A DNA stretch of 64,000 nt from a virus (lineage: Duplodnaviria; Heunggongvirae; Uroviricota; Caudoviricetes), in the IMG/VR virus record IMGVR_UViG_3300042400_000593; one strand, given 5' to 3'. A model generated the notes under the pieces. That model made no database searches. It had not been told where the DNA came from and saw only the letters and a program-made list of their open reading frames with translations. How positions within the stretch are numbered: the first letter of the stretch is position 1; each line of letters begins with the position of its first letter. Below are positions 39,501 to 48,700 of this stretch, in pieces. Position numbers and translations under genes: made by a program.

Positions 39501-40294
39501 TTGATTCAACTAATTTTGAGAATCCAAATCAACTAGTAAACAGACCGGGAGTTATTGACATTAATGGCGAAAGAATTGAATTTTTTACAAATGAAAACAA
39601 TACTTTAGGTGGGTTACGTAGGGGAACAATGGGAACAGGTGTTGCGAGTATTCATAAAGCTAATTCAGTAGTTCAGGAAATTGGATCAGCTGAATCTATT
39701 TCATATACCGATACAGTAAAAATTGATCAATTTACAATAACTGATGCTAATATTACAATATTATCGGACGGAACAGCGGCAACAGTAATCGAATTATCAT
39801 ATATTCCTAAAAAATCATCTGCTAGTTGGGTAATTGATTCGGTATATGGCCAAACTGATGAAATTGAAGTGTTTGTTGGTGGTTATAAATCGGATGAAAT
39901 GTGGGAATCAAATGTTAGTTATTTGGTAAATGATATTGTTAATGTAGGTGTGTATGCATATCGATGTATAGTTGCGCATACTAGTAGTGTTAATTTTAAA
40001 AATGATCGCAATAAATGGATTTATTTTATAGGAAATATACGATTGAAAAAAGCACCATATACTGTTCATAATATAAATTTAAGTACATTAAGTTCGACAG
40101 GCGATATTCAATTTAATGCTGATTTTGCTGTTACAGGAGCATCAAGACGAGTATTAATAACTTGCCCAATAACTCCTGGAACATTAGTTAGTGTTATTAG
40201 AAAAACCGGAGTATATTGGCAAACAGGGTCTGAAGAAATAACTGCGTTCATAAATGCAGTGCCATCTGCAGAATACGAACCGCCAACTATTTAA
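27539..40294 (+). CDS. Giant (4251 aa) baseplate/virion structural protein, gp7-like position, with an FG-GAP-like propeller and CBM5/12-like motifs
   Basis: Single uninterrupted ORF directly after gp6; repeats are described in the findings. Confidence 0.75.
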   Translation: MANNIIIPRTESTDTSDDATVASFLPRHYRSDANKKFLHSTITQLTQPGQVKKVSGYIGRQYSKSTVSDDVFVNAPTRNRQNYQLEPGFVIDDMLDNTVFFKDYQDYINQLRVFGANVSDHSRLNKQEFYSWNPHINWDMFVNFQNYYWMPHGPDTITIKNVASTIATSTYQVTVDTSTADSSYMFSPDGITRNPVIALYRGQTYKFIIDSIENTFSIKTQRTNGPLNRYVSPLLINNSIQSGEITFTVPDNAPDQLFYVSESNIDMGGVFNILDLSDNSYINVDAEIIGKKTYKFNNINLSNGMRVQFAGNVYPKTYATGRYFVEGVGTSIQLINEKDLEIITSYTTSKSMLFENDLFDTTPFSDSTSYVTNPDYIVINRASNDRNFWSRNNKWIHKEVIEKSALANDIPATYDQAFRAVRPIIEFEKNLKLFNFGTRAIVDVDVIDTVTRDAFSTIEGSLGYNIDGINLIEGRRVIFTADTDVLVTNNVYQVDFIDVLHEVTTRKISQTGVIEKVNAINSGWTAVVTGLTSVAGLTVGGNLIATAGTGQLYSGTLDPDVIKITAILSSSSIAYTILGGAKPIEGTITNISTTMDTSRQIRLVKVAEPEQNQVVLVKQGTTYQGNIFWYNGVSWNLGQQKTKSNQTPLFDIVDVNLVSVGDTSSYPGTTFKGTSIFSYKVGTGTTDLNLGFALSYKNINNIGDIVFKFALINDVFKYELNEKTITQSIDTGFLVKTNDDNSVQYVNGWETSKIKNSQAAIRLYKDSAIVNNFDIDIFDSLPDINDIEIRVYVNNDRIISADQQPAASTENNWQLVSTNSKNVKLPYYQIKFKNDVELTDIVLIKVISMIPINLNGYYEIPINVQNNPLNSMLTEFTLGEVRDHVSSIIDNIYTLGYLELQPNVGNLRDLGPVSAYGTRFVQHSGPASLSLYHITSDTSNVIRAIEQSRDDYCKFKKSFLTVSETLGVDTSPVHHVNLILQELFINFSKTSPYYFSDMIPYNAKTQVDFTVSAPEDNIFSLSAVFDLQSLSSKAVGVYLNDVQLIHGKEYTFNNQGFVVVTASIVAGDVVSVYEYDSTDGCLVPETPTKLGLWPKYEPKLFLDTSLITPRMMIQGHDGSLTLAYDDFRDELLLELEKRIYNNIKVQYDPHIFDLTDIIPSYSRKTDYSLHEFNDVLMPNFNKWAVDAGVDFSTLLSYDKTNSFTFNYNNHRAPDGRIVPAFWRGIYQWMLDTDRPHLCPWEMLGFSEEPAWWIEVYGPAPYTGNNLVLWDDISNGLIKEPNKSVVRVTKYIKPYLLNHIPVDEDGNLISPYYSGLVSGEEVRSLQGDFTFGDGSPIESAWRRSSHYSFSVLKTAILLYPANTIGKLIDRSRLVRNNAGQIVYADTGVRITPASVKFPSVYLSNTRIQTAGLINYLINNINCDTLDAYTEYKTELETITAKLSYRVSAFTSKEKFNLLLDSKSPTSVGSVFIPQEDYKVILNTSSPLTTLTYSGVIITKVASGYEIKGYSQIQPFFKYYTPTSSAGAYVNIGGISESYIEWGIGNRYVEGNIVSYQGGFYRVTASHLSTVNFDTSIYVKLDSLPIVGGVDVIFKTNWNSNAKVIQYGTRITDIQDVVDFLLGYGQWLSAQGFRFNEFSSSLETVSNWETSAKEFMFWTTQNWTAPTVIWIEWQPEVSIKYGDIVRYNGEFYKALLTMKPGWFNEDDYLLLNGVDLTGNSVISLSPAANKLSFNTVLTVVDDISNPSNIYELFDASGNPITTHFLNTFRVNNEVSYSPRGDVGIYCASFYLIQREHVVIINNTTMFNDTIYNLESGYKQDKLKVSGYVSINWNGSLAVPGFVVDRAILTEWTPWKAYSIGDIVRHKSFYYSANESYQGEELFDNTKWVKLDNKPTAKLLPNWNYKASQFNDFYSLDSENFDIAQQQMAQHLVGYQKRQYLENIIQDDVSEYKFYQGMIIEKGTQNVLNKLFDVLSASNKESLEFYEEWAVRTGQYGACSSFENIEFVLPESKFTVNPQGFNLVSDRTTESNVVIQLIPTDIYLKPAGYKPAIWPTAKSLKTATVYARTDEVDVNFQTLDDFLNTADISSISFGQYIMCTFAPLDWNVYHYVSRSYTITDISNDAETVKFSIENINDIVLGSIISINDSTVTIAAEVSKVYVQYTNIIPTITTSSGTGATFVVLRTELAYEVSVSNAGEGYAVNETITILGNKLGGAKIANNLVITIKEVTTTGEISVIEWSGVGTVVTGTAVIEISSVSSFSLSDTSITGMFVSRRIKQSIDYNNYKEDDIVNGVKLWTDNDDDSSDFYDNTSNWKVWQYDKIYKLNALHKALTPKITQFGRSVSTTENGKIVAVSAITTENLEAEGSVMIYNNTVLQGWVLAQVLTSRFPVYNKSNFATEVAISRDGIWIALGSPSADQYSRGAVSIYKRDLSNAYSLYSTIENLNPDSDTTNLNNEQFGKSLAFGNNKLIIGTAIGNVYCVNYTSVVYAAPVYISAGSKGTTVKVSSVESIIPGMIVSGKGFTSGQVVMLVNEETSTIEVNNPPTEKPAGIISFSLYGWDQNLDNVVTLTGSLQFGKSIAISSKNTLVVSEPYMSTTIRTGRVHVYYDNENYAVSHNINAPYNSVVFGKYVDISKNDDYIAVSSLVDGDVYEGRVEIYGKTENGYILPEPTALVSPTVAVSGEFGSNLKFANDYTTLVVGYEIEPLLVDANFTDVSFSSFFNNAYSSSIAVFDRYESKWLFSEHLTPPAPVSNNRTFGAAVVATPTGVIVGAPGSDNQLGVVYEFVKPIVSQYTWNIKNKHIAKPDITKIKQAFLYNKRTNKLVKYLDIVDPIQDKHVNVAEREIKYKFSYDPAVYTTGNTLVTVDAGVAWTTAQVGSLWWDLRTAKFVDNFTDNVMYRNSMLSTLAYGASVDIYEWVASRYKPSEWDKRADTDAGLSLNISGKSLYGDDVYSELNRYDTISQTFSSIYYFWVKNKEVASTGRSISAATISKLISNPKGQGYEYLALTGLDSFSLVNVKSLLSHNDVVLSVEYWTVDNINQNIHTQWKLISNALTTTLPGSVEEKWFDSLCGKDINNRIVPDQLLPMKLRYGIENRPRQSMFVNRFEALKQLIEQTNIILKSNLITDTRNLTNLKKYDIAPSEVTRLYDTTVDTYEELRFSITKYYSLPILTPIIVNGNISSVVINDAGRGYLIAPTVIIYGNGSNASIKTVINEIGQIVSIIIENSGFGYDDNTVLSVRTFSTLVLSDSTSNGNWSIYSYNTSNNLWFKILTASYDVNKYWNYVDWYETGYNQFTIIQHSVNTYADLYQLDASIGDNVKIRITNSGRWVLLKKYQESTSIDWTESYKVIGSENGTIQFSSLLYNFKDTVIGYDGAIYDSIVYDNYADVELRIILNAIKTDLLIGIDLKPKYLDLFFTSVRYALSEQTYIDWIFKTSFVNVTHNVGNLHQSATYKNDNLSNFEDYVSEVKPYRTQVREYTSVYDVLENSNFSVSDFDLPAAYDSTAKKIDVVDVNSPLINTYPWKNWVDNVGYSVIDIKIINGGSEYVTEPVVTIVSDTGEGATARAFIVNNQISRIKLLTTGLKYTTTPIVKIEGGNRSTGTTAQAIAILGNSLIRTSNIKLKFDRIYQDYVIDDLQQIDTINSSIVTGNKVQFVLTWLPDVTIGRTTVTINGLPELRNNYTIGSVTSIVNGHTVHTGVVTFKTAPAKSSIIVVTYYKNIEVLTATDRIHYYYNPTSGNIGKDLPQLMSGIDYGGVVVGGLNFDIVHGWDSMPYYSERWDNIDPADNDYTVVVGSSFSYSIALPYVPEIGTRFNVYYKKVDTTDTVRVDASDYSFGVVNTNVDVVMLTPVTTGESNIIELPGSLNVSAGDTIIIRKETSDGSVVNDYDTLLSGGNFAMGSAAGITPEDIVVDGDEFYSTVNGYGPEEVVPGQVVDTLAIKVYTKLETGAFMQFKDMLNTVKYTRLERDKKTKLAKDLLQGDTTITLVDSTNFENPNQLVNRPGVIDINGERIEFFTNENNTLGGLRRGTMGTGVASIHKANSVVQEIGSAESISYTDTVKIDQFTITDANITILSDGTAATVIELSYIPKKSSASWVIDSVYGQTDEIEVFVGGYKSDEMWESNVSYLVNDIVNVGVYAYRCIVAHTSSVNFKNDRNKWIYFIGNIRLKKAPYTVHNINLSTLSSTGDIQFNADFAVTGASRRVLITCPITPGTLVSVIRKTGVYWQTGSEEITAFINAVPSAEYEPPTI

Positions 40295-40341
40295 CTTAGC
40301 ACTTAATAATTGTGATAAATATAGAATAACGAGAGAATACT

Positions 40342-40953
40342 ATGCAGACTATAGATTTAACAGGGATACATATCGAAGGGCATCTTAAGATTTTTGATCC
40401 TACTAATGACGAAGTTTTCGTCAATAAACGCAATGCAATACATTATGAAAATATGAGTATTGCATTAGCAAGAAGCATTGCAGATAGGGGGCAAGGCTTT
40501 ATATATGAGATGAGTTTTGGAAACGGCGGTACTTCAATTAACGATACTGGCATTATTACGTATTCGACCCCTAATAGTTCAGGATCAAATGCTAGTTTGT
40601 ATAATCAGACATTTACTAAAATAATCGATGATCAACAAAAAACTAATTTAGATCCAACACGAAATTATATTGAAACACGACACGAAACAGGTAAACACTA
40701 TACAGATGTTTTCATTACGTGTTTGTTAGATTACACAGAACCTGCCGGACAAGGGGCATATGATAATACAACTGATGTATCAAATGCATTTATTTTTGAC
40801 GAATTAGGTTTAAAAGCTTATAGTTTAGATGGGAATAATTTGTTATTAACACACGTTATCTTTCATCCAATACAAAAGTCATTAAATCGGTTGATTCAAA
40901 TTGACTACACCGTGCGCATACAAAGTTTAACTAGTGTAGTAGGAGTTCAATAA
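40342..40953 (+). CDS. Putative virion structural protein
   Basis: 203 aa with late motif GATAAATA at 40314-40321, inside the tail operon; MSFGNGG and FDELGLK motifs. Confidence 0.65.
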   Translation: MQTIDLTGIHIEGHLKIFDPTNDEVFVNKRNAIHYENMSIALARSIADRGQGFIYEMSFGNGGTSINDTGIITYSTPNSSGSNASLYNQTFTKIIDDQQKTNLDPTRNYIETRHETGKHYTDVFITCLLDYTEPAGQGAYDNTTDVSNAFIFDELGLKAYSLDGNNLLLTHVIFHPIQKSLNRLIQIDYTVRIQSLTSVVGVQ

Positions 40954-43037
40954 TGTCTTATGATGTATATTTTACAAATATTTTAAAAAACAATAAAATA
41001 ACTGTAGAAGATCAAGTTATTAATAATTCTACGTCTCTTAGTTTTGTTGGAAAGAATTATATGGGATATGGAAAAGTATTAGCAGAAAACTTTTTACATT
41101 TATTAGAAAATTTTGCCAGTGAAACATCACCTTTAAATCCTGTTGAAGGGCAGTTATGGTATGATACTACTACTAAGAATCAGTTACTTAAAGTTTATGA
41201 CGGTTCTAATTGGAATCCTGCAGGTTCGGTAAAGAAATCAGTTAGTGCGCCATCGGTAGATAAAAGTATAAGTGGTGATTTATGGGTTAATTTAAGTACT
41301 AATCAATTATATATGTATTCAGGAACTACGTGGGATTTAATAGGACCTCAATATAGTACGGGTTTAAAATCAGGACCAGTTGTTGAAGTTATCGATGATA
41401 TTCTTGATGAGTCCTATGCAGTTATGGTAGTGTATTCAAACAACGATATAATTGCAATTTTTAGTTCAACAACATTTACACCAAAAAATATTATTAGCGG
41501 TTTTGATATAATTAAAAAAGGTATTAACTTATCAACAAGTGCAGCAACCGCTGATGTAAATAAATTATGGGGAACTGCTGAAAGTGCAGATGGATTGATT
41601 ATCAATAATGAATTTGTAGGATCATCTAATTTTTTAAGAGCTGATGCAACTTCGATTACTAACAAGTCGTTAAGTGTTCAAACAGTTGACGGTATTAGTG
41701 TCGGTAGTGGATTAGAGTTTAAAATTAGTACTGATGATACTGCTAAGTTAATAAATCTTACTGCTAAAAATAATAGAAGTTTTAAATTTGAATTTATTGA
41801 TTCAAACACTAAGGCATCGACTACTGGTTTGTTTATTGATAACACACTTAAGATAGGAATAGGAACAAATTTACCGTTGGCATCACTAGATGTAAATGGT
41901 AGTACTATCATTCGTAATTCATTAACTGTTGGTGTATCGGGAACACCTGGTAGTATTACGGCAACTAGCAAATTCACAGTAGGAACAGGCGTATTGTGGA
42001 GTACATTAGTAGCAGATGTAATAACAGTTCCACCAGCAGTTGCAACACAACCGACTGCACAAATAGGCGGGAAATCTGTATTTTCTGATACTATCGGTGT
42101 GTATAAAGAATTAGGTGGTCCGATACTTATACCAAAATATACAGCGGATCAATTAGCACACAATCAGAATGAGCCGCAATATGATATTGGATCAGAAGAA
42201 AGACCGTTTAGAGATGTATATGCAACTACATTTCATGGTATTTTTTCAGGTACGCTTCAAGGAAGTATTACCGGTAGTATAAACGGGAGTGCTACAACAT
42301 TAAAAACAGCAAGATCTTTTAAATTAGACGGTGATATTACAAGTGAACCTATATCGTTTGACGGATCTTCAGCTGTAACACTTGCAGCAGTTGTGAGTCC
42401 AAATATCATATCAAAAAGAACTGCAGCAACAAGCACGTTAGACACTGATTTAATTTTAACATATAATCCAAATCGCGGACTGTTAAAGACAAGTAAAAGT
42501 TTGTTCTTATCTACAGTTCCTGCAGTGCCAGTTGGTGCAATTCTTCCATATGCGGGTGTTAATCCGCCAACTGGTTATTTGTTTTGCGATGGCAGCGAAT
42601 TACCAATTGCAAGTTATACTAAGTTGTACGAAGTACTTGGATTTTCTTATAGAAGCCAAGCAGCATTAGTTGGTGATAAAACGTTTGCTCTTCCGGATTT
42701 AAGAGGCCGGTTCCCGTTAGGTAAGGATAATATGGATAACAATTTAACAGTTGTAAGTAAAACATCAACTACAACACCTATTATAGTTAATGCCGGTGGA
42801 AATCGAAATAGTTCAGTTGCTGGCAGTATCAGTAGTGATCCTGCAAAACGAGTAAACCATGAATCTAGTAAAACACTTGGATCAAGTTCTGGCAATGAAG
42901 CATTAGGTCCAATTGCGGTTAACGGTGTATCAGGCACAGTTTCATCGACATTGCCTACAGGCACATCTAATGCAAGTTCGGTTATGAATCCATACCAAAC
43001 AATCAATTATATTATTTTTACTGGTATATTACAATGA
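40953..43037 (+). CDS. Tail fibre protein with phage tail collar domain
   Basis: VPVGAILPYAGVNPPTGYLFCDGS...FALPDLRGRFPLG collar motif; shared N-terminal GKNY...ENFLHLLENFA domain. Confidence 0.85.
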   Translation: MSYDVYFTNILKNNKITVEDQVINNSTSLSFVGKNYMGYGKVLAENFLHLLENFASETSPLNPVEGQLWYDTTTKNQLLKVYDGSNWNPAGSVKKSVSAPSVDKSISGDLWVNLSTNQLYMYSGTTWDLIGPQYSTGLKSGPVVEVIDDILDESYAVMVVYSNNDIIAIFSSTTFTPKNIISGFDIIKKGINLSTSAATADVNKLWGTAESADGLIINNEFVGSSNFLRADATSITNKSLSVQTVDGISVGSGLEFKISTDDTAKLINLTAKNNRSFKFEFIDSNTKASTTGLFIDNTLKIGIGTNLPLASLDVNGSTIIRNSLTVGVSGTPGSITATSKFTVGTGVLWSTLVADVITVPPAVATQPTAQIGGKSVFSDTIGVYKELGGPILIPKYTADQLAHNQNEPQYDIGSEERPFRDVYATTFHGIFSGTLQGSITGSINGSATTLKTARSFKLDGDITSEPISFDGSSAVTLAAVVSPNIISKRTAATSTLDTDLILTYNPNRGLLKTSKSLFLSTVPAVPVGAILPYAGVNPPTGYLFCDGSELPIASYTKLYEVLGFSYRSQAALVGDKTFALPDLRGRFPLGKDNMDNNLTVVSKTSTTTPIIVNAGGNRNSSVAGSISSDPAKRVNHESSKTLGSSSGNEALGPIAVNGVSGTVSSTLPTGTSNASSVMNPYQTINYIIFTGILQ

Positions 43038-43939
43038 GCTATACAATAAACAAAACAGACGGTACAGTATTAACTACAATAATCGATGGCACTATCGATC
43101 AAGTTAGAACTGATTTAACCTTAATTGGTAAAAGTGCAAGTGCATATGGCGAGTATATAAATGAAAATTTAGTTCATCTTTTAGAAAACTTTGCAAATAC
43201 TTCTCAACCAAGTAATCCAATATCAGGGCAGCTATGGTATGATACATTAGAAGGAAGATTAAAGGTATACGACGAGTATGCTGGATTTAAGTTAACGAGC
43301 GGGACTATTGTATCGAAAATTATTCCGTCGTCGATTGCACAAGGAGATATTTGGATAGATACTGCTCGTCAGCAATTATATTTTAATGACGGAGTTTCGA
43401 CTATATTAGCTGGACCATTAGATCCAGCTATAACTGGATTTAAGATAGTACAAGTTTCAGATACTGCAGGCACGTCTCATAATGTATTAGTATTAACTGT
43501 TGGGTTAACACCGTTGGCAATTTTTAGTACGGTTGAGTTTAAACCCGATTCGGAAGGATTATTATATACTGCATCTGATACTATCAAAGTTGGTTTAAAC
43601 TTTTTTAATTCGTCTTTTATTAGAAATGTTTCTGATCCAATCGATCTTACAGATGCAGTAAACAAAAATACACTCCAAAAAACGTTAAAATTAGCAACGT
43701 TATCACTTACTGTTGATATTGCTGTTTCTGGTATTACCGGAAGTGATACTGAAAAACACACTGTAATTATAGATCAGTTTATTAATAAAATTTATCCTGC
43801 AAGCAGTTACACTGTTCTAAATGTTGAAGGCCCTATATGTAGAGTCATTTGTAATGATAATACATCATTAGATAAACCAGTAACTATTAAAGAGTTTATA
43901 CTAAGAGGCGGTGAATGGGAATACAACCGTGATTTATAA
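43034..43939 (+). CDS. Tail fibre-associated protein (paralogous N-terminal domain)
   Basis: LIGKSASAYGEYINENLVHLLENFA...GQLWYD. Confidence 0.7.
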   Translation: MSYTINKTDGTVLTTIIDGTIDQVRTDLTLIGKSASAYGEYINENLVHLLENFANTSQPSNPISGQLWYDTLEGRLKVYDEYAGFKLTSGTIVSKIIPSSIAQGDIWIDTARQQLYFNDGVSTILAGPLDPAITGFKIVQVSDTAGTSHNVLVLTVGLTPLAIFSTVEFKPDSEGLLYTASDTIKVGLNFFNSSFIRNVSDPIDLTDAVNKNTLQKTLKLATLSLTVDIAVSGITGSDTEKHTVIIDQFINKIYPASSYTVLNVEGPICRVICNDNTSLDKPVTIKEFILRGGEWEYNRDL

Positions 43940-43976
43940 TTAATACAAATAAATATATTAAAATAAGGAATAAAAG

Positions 43977-45707
43977 ATGGCGTATATCATCAACAAATAC
44001 AACGGTGATCAAGCAGCATTAGTAGAAGATGGAACTATTAATACTACTCTTGATATTAAATTAATTGGTAAAAATTATGCCGGTTATGGCGAAGCTCAAA
44101 ATGAAAATTACACATGGTTACTTGAAAACTTTGCAAGTCAAACCGCACCTCCAAAAGCAGTAGTTGGGCAATTGTGGTATCAAACAAGTACACAAAAACT
44201 AAAAGTTAATTACGGTACCGGCGTTTGGCATACAGTTGGTATAAATGATGTAGTGTCGTCTGTTTCGGATATAACAGGGTTAACACAAGGTGATTTATTT
44301 TGGGTATCTGACGAACAACAATTATGGTGTAAAGGTTCTACAGAGAATATTTTAATTGGCGGAAAACTAACAAACATTTCTACTCAAATGCGATCAACAA
44401 CTGTATTGTCAAATACTAATCCTGCAGTACCGTATGAGATTATTGAAGCAGTTGTAAACGGAGTAACTACATACGTTATTAGTAGTGCAGCAGCAATGTT
44501 TACACTAGCAACGTCAGAACCATTAAGGTCTGAAGAATTTAGTAGCATTTATCCAGGCATAACAGTTAGAGGATTTAGTGCAACAGGTAACTTATCAGAT
44601 ACTTATAAATATTGGGGTTCTGCATCTAATTCGGATAGACTAGGCGGAACACTTGCATCAGGGTATGTTACAAAAAGCGGTGCAACATTTTCCGATCTTG
44701 CAAAGTTTGCAGAAACTGGATTCTCTTTAGGAACATCAGGCAGTGACATACTATCAGTTACAACTCCTAGCAGTGTTCCTACTATCACTTCAACAGTTAA
44801 TTCGATTGTATTTAAAACAAAAGTAAGTAATACTATAAAACAGCCTATGACGTTAGAAGGACAAGATATACTTCCTGGGACACCGTATGCTAGTTCAGCT
44901 GGATCAAATATAGGATCTTTAACTTCAAAGTTCTATCAAGTCTATGCAACTGAATTTAAAGGTAACTCAGATTCAGCCAGTGCGTTAACCTTAAGTAGTG
45001 TATCGTATGCGCCAGCAATTGATGCTTCTAGCGGTACTGCTGTACTAAGAGCCCCAACTGGTGGAACGTCTATTACTGTAAATGGTGTGTCGTATACGTT
45101 ACTTGCAGGTGGTATTGCAGCAACCCAAGTTGTTGCACCTGATCTTAAAGGCAATGCATCGTCTGCAACAGGATTACTTATTAACACTGCTACTGTATTA
45201 CCGTCAACAGCTGCTACTGCAAATACAGTTGTAGTAAGAACAGCAGTGGATGATAATACTGTAACCGTAAATGATGGGTCATTAGTTACGTTGAAAGCTG
45301 GATCTATAAAAGTAGTTCAATTATATGCATCTAATGGAGTAGGCACATTGTTAGGCGACTTAGCAGAAAAATATCTAGCAGATGACGTATACGAAACTGG
45401 TACAGTAATAATGGTCGGCGGTGATAAAGAAATAACCGCAGCAATTTCTGGAAATCGCGCTCTAGGGGTAGTGTCAGAAAATCCAGCGTACTTAATGAAC
45501 ATTGGACTTAAAGACGGTACTGCAGTTGCGTTAAAAGGTCGAGTACCTGTAAAAGTAACGGGAACTGTTAAAAAAGGAGATAGATTAGTTGCTTCTGCTA
45601 TTGCAGGCGTTGCAACTGCATTAACAAATTCTAATGAATCAGAGTTTGTATTTGCAATATCATTAACTAACGACAATAATAATACCGTTGAAGCAATTAT
45701 AATTTAA
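43977..45707 (+). CDS. Tail fibre protein with a C-terminal intramolecular-chaperone-like domain
   Basis: Shared N-domain LIGKNYAGYGEAQNEN...LLENFA; C-terminal DLAEKY...GVVSENPAYLMN...VALKGRVPVKV. Confidence 0.75.
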   Translation: MAYIINKYNGDQAALVEDGTINTTLDIKLIGKNYAGYGEAQNENYTWLLENFASQTAPPKAVVGQLWYQTSTQKLKVNYGTGVWHTVGINDVVSSVSDITGLTQGDLFWVSDEQQLWCKGSTENILIGGKLTNISTQMRSTTVLSNTNPAVPYEIIEAVVNGVTTYVISSAAAMFTLATSEPLRSEEFSSIYPGITVRGFSATGNLSDTYKYWGSASNSDRLGGTLASGYVTKSGATFSDLAKFAETGFSLGTSGSDILSVTTPSSVPTITSTVNSIVFKTKVSNTIKQPMTLEGQDILPGTPYASSAGSNIGSLTSKFYQVYATEFKGNSDSASALTLSSVSYAPAIDASSGTAVLRAPTGGTSITVNGVSYTLLAGGIAATQVVAPDLKGNASSATGLLINTATVLPSTAATANTVVVRTAVDDNTVTVNDGSLVTLKAGSIKVVQLYASNGVGTLLGDLAEKYLADDVYETGTVIMVGGDKEITAAISGNRALGVVSENPAYLMNIGLKDGTAVALKGRVPVKVTGTVKKGDRLVASAIAGVATALTNSNESEFVFAISLTNDNNNTVEAIII

Positions 45708-45716
45708 GGAACATTC

Positions 45717-48700
45717 ATGGCAACACCAGAAATAATTACATTAAAGGAATTTAATGATGCACAAGTAATAGTAGCTAAGGTATTAGGTGCAGGGTCAGGA
45801 GATTACGGTTATAATCAAACAGTAACTAGTTCTCAACAACTATCAGTAACTGGACCTGAAGTTGCTAAGTTGCGTAATGATATATATCGAGCATTACATC
45901 ATCAAAAAGGCGTAGCAAATGCTAATACATTAATGCCAGCATTTGTTGCACTTAACGGTACAGTATCTCAATCGATACGAATTGCAACAACTGGAACTCC
46001 GGCAATAGGAACTACTCCTGCAGTACTTGGTACAATAGATAGTGGTAGATTTTCAATGTTTACCGGTACTGGTGCAAAAGTAACTAATGCAGATACATTT
46101 CCTAATTTCATAACCGATCAAAATTGGAACGGAACAACTACACAAACTACTACAGTAACGTTTATTGACGCAACTCATATGCGTTCTTTCTTTAATGCTG
46201 GTTCTACAATACAAATATTACCATCAAAATCTGGTGTTGTAACTGTAAAAAATACAGCATGGACTAATTTGCTTAATTTAGGAACAATTACATTTCAACG
46301 TTCTGGTGTTACTACTGCATCAAAGCCATTAGTTACTGATACAACAGGCACTGGATTTGATACATTAACTAGTACTAATGCTGTTATTTTTTCAAGATCG
46401 TCAGATACAAAAACTGAAGTATATACAATTAATGCTAAATTAAGTGGTGATCATACAATCATATTTACAAGTACATTTTCAAATTCTGGATCAGATGTTA
46501 CTGGAACATTATCAAGTACTGTTAAATTATTGCGTGCAAGTTATGATCAAACTGATATAGTTAATGTTACTACTTTAAGCATAGGAGCTCCAGTTAGCAT
46601 CGTATCACTTGGATCAACTACTAATGAACAGTGGAATACATTAGCCGGAACAACTGGCGTAACATATTCAGTAGGATCAGTACTTACTACAGTAGTAGCA
46701 GGTACGGGATTAGGTACCGGTACTGTTACGTTCCCATATGTAACTATTCCAGCACCTGGTGTTATATCAACAATAGTTCCTGGTTTAGCTAGTCCGACAT
46801 ATACAATTACTAAAAGTCCAGTTACTTCGCAAATTAGTGAAACAGGAGCATTTGTTTCAGTTTCATTTACAGTTAATACACATAATTATACCGGTACACA
46901 CATTTATTATCGTATAGTTAAAGCTAACAGTAGTGCTTCGGATATCATCGAAGCTGATTTTGTAGATAAACCACTAGCAGGTGCTCTTGCAATTAATCAA
47001 TCTACAGGTGTATCTGAAACATTAGCGTTAACTGCAAATGCAGATAATGCAACAGAAGGGCTTGATAAATTTGATATTGAATTCCGTACAACAGAAAATG
47101 TAAATGATCCAGTAGTAACAAGCATTTTAAAAGCGTTTAACGATGTTCCTATATCAATTATAGATACGTCAATTACACCTAAAGTTATACCGCGCACGAT
47201 ACGATTTGCATCACTAGCGGCTGGTAAAATGTCTGCATCAACAACCGAAGGTGCTACAATATCGTTTGGTATTATTAGTACTGGGATATCAGAACCATAT
47301 GATACAGTAACCTGGAGAATATATCCAGTAGCAACAAATCCAGTTGTTATTACTGCATCAGATTTTAAAGAAGGGATTGAAGGCACATTTACTATGCCAA
47401 GCAACCAGCTGTATACATTAGATTTGCATATTAGTGCAGATACAGATGTTACTGAAAAGTTAGAAGAGTTTCAAGTATATTTGTATCTAACTGATCCGGT
47501 TACAAATGCACCAAATAAAACTAAAAATGCTAATAGTTACATGGTGCAAATTGGTGCAGATGCGGCGTTGGTTACACAAGGATATGAGGTTCTCACACCA
47601 TTGCAATTAACAACTGTAGAAGGCGATCCTGTTGGTATTTCAGTTCCTTTTAAAACACCATATCTACCACCTGCAGGACAGAAAGTATGGTATCGTATTT
47701 CAGCACCAGACTCATTAAATGCAGCAGATGGTGCAGATTTTACGGACGGGTTATCATCTGGTTCGTGTCCAGTTACGGTAACTGGAAATTCTACTACAGG
47801 ATCAGGGTCAGGTACTCTTAGAAAGTATGCAAAGAATGATAAAATAACGGAAGGTACTCAAGGGTTTATTGTAGAGTTTTTTAAAGATAGTGCATTTTCA
47901 CAAAAATTTGGTGAAACTACTACATTAACAATTACAGAAAATGTTGGATATACAGTCACACGGTCGACACCGTCAATGATTGAACCATTAGCCGATGGGT
48001 CAACTGCAGGAAAAGTAACAGAAATTACATTTACGTTAAATACTCCATTTATTCCAAATTCTCCTGAAACACTAGTAGACTGGGAAGTTAAAAAAATTAA
48101 TTCCGCCGGCGGAATTGGCGAATTTACTACTAACGATTTTATAGACGGAGAAATTAATGGATCTAACCCAGTTGTCGATAATAAAGTAATAGTTACATTA
48201 CGAGCAAATAACGACGGTCTAACAGAAGGAACTGAGCAGTTTTTTGTAAGATTCACTTACCCAGACGGTGACGGTACTGCATATAAAGATAGTCCGATTG
48301 CATCAATTACTGAAACTGTTAAGTACACGATCGATGTAGCAGCTGGTAGCTCAACTTCAATGGTTGAAGCACTAGCGAGCAATTCTCAAGGTGTGGTATT
48401 TGATATTACTACGCCATTTTTACCACCAAATACACCGGTATATTGGGAAACAGTAGTTCCTGCAGGAAACAGGACTTCTAAATTTTTACCAAGTGATTTT
48501 GCTGATAATAAAACATCAGGCACGATTTATATAAATCAAGGTGGAACTATTACTAATCAAGCAACTCTTACTAGAATTGCAATTATTGATACAGACATTG
48601 AAGGCAACGAAACATTTCAAATTATTTTAAAAACCGGAACTGCTAAATCGACCGAAGTTGCAAGAAGTCCAGTTATTACTATTACAGAAGATATTAAAGG

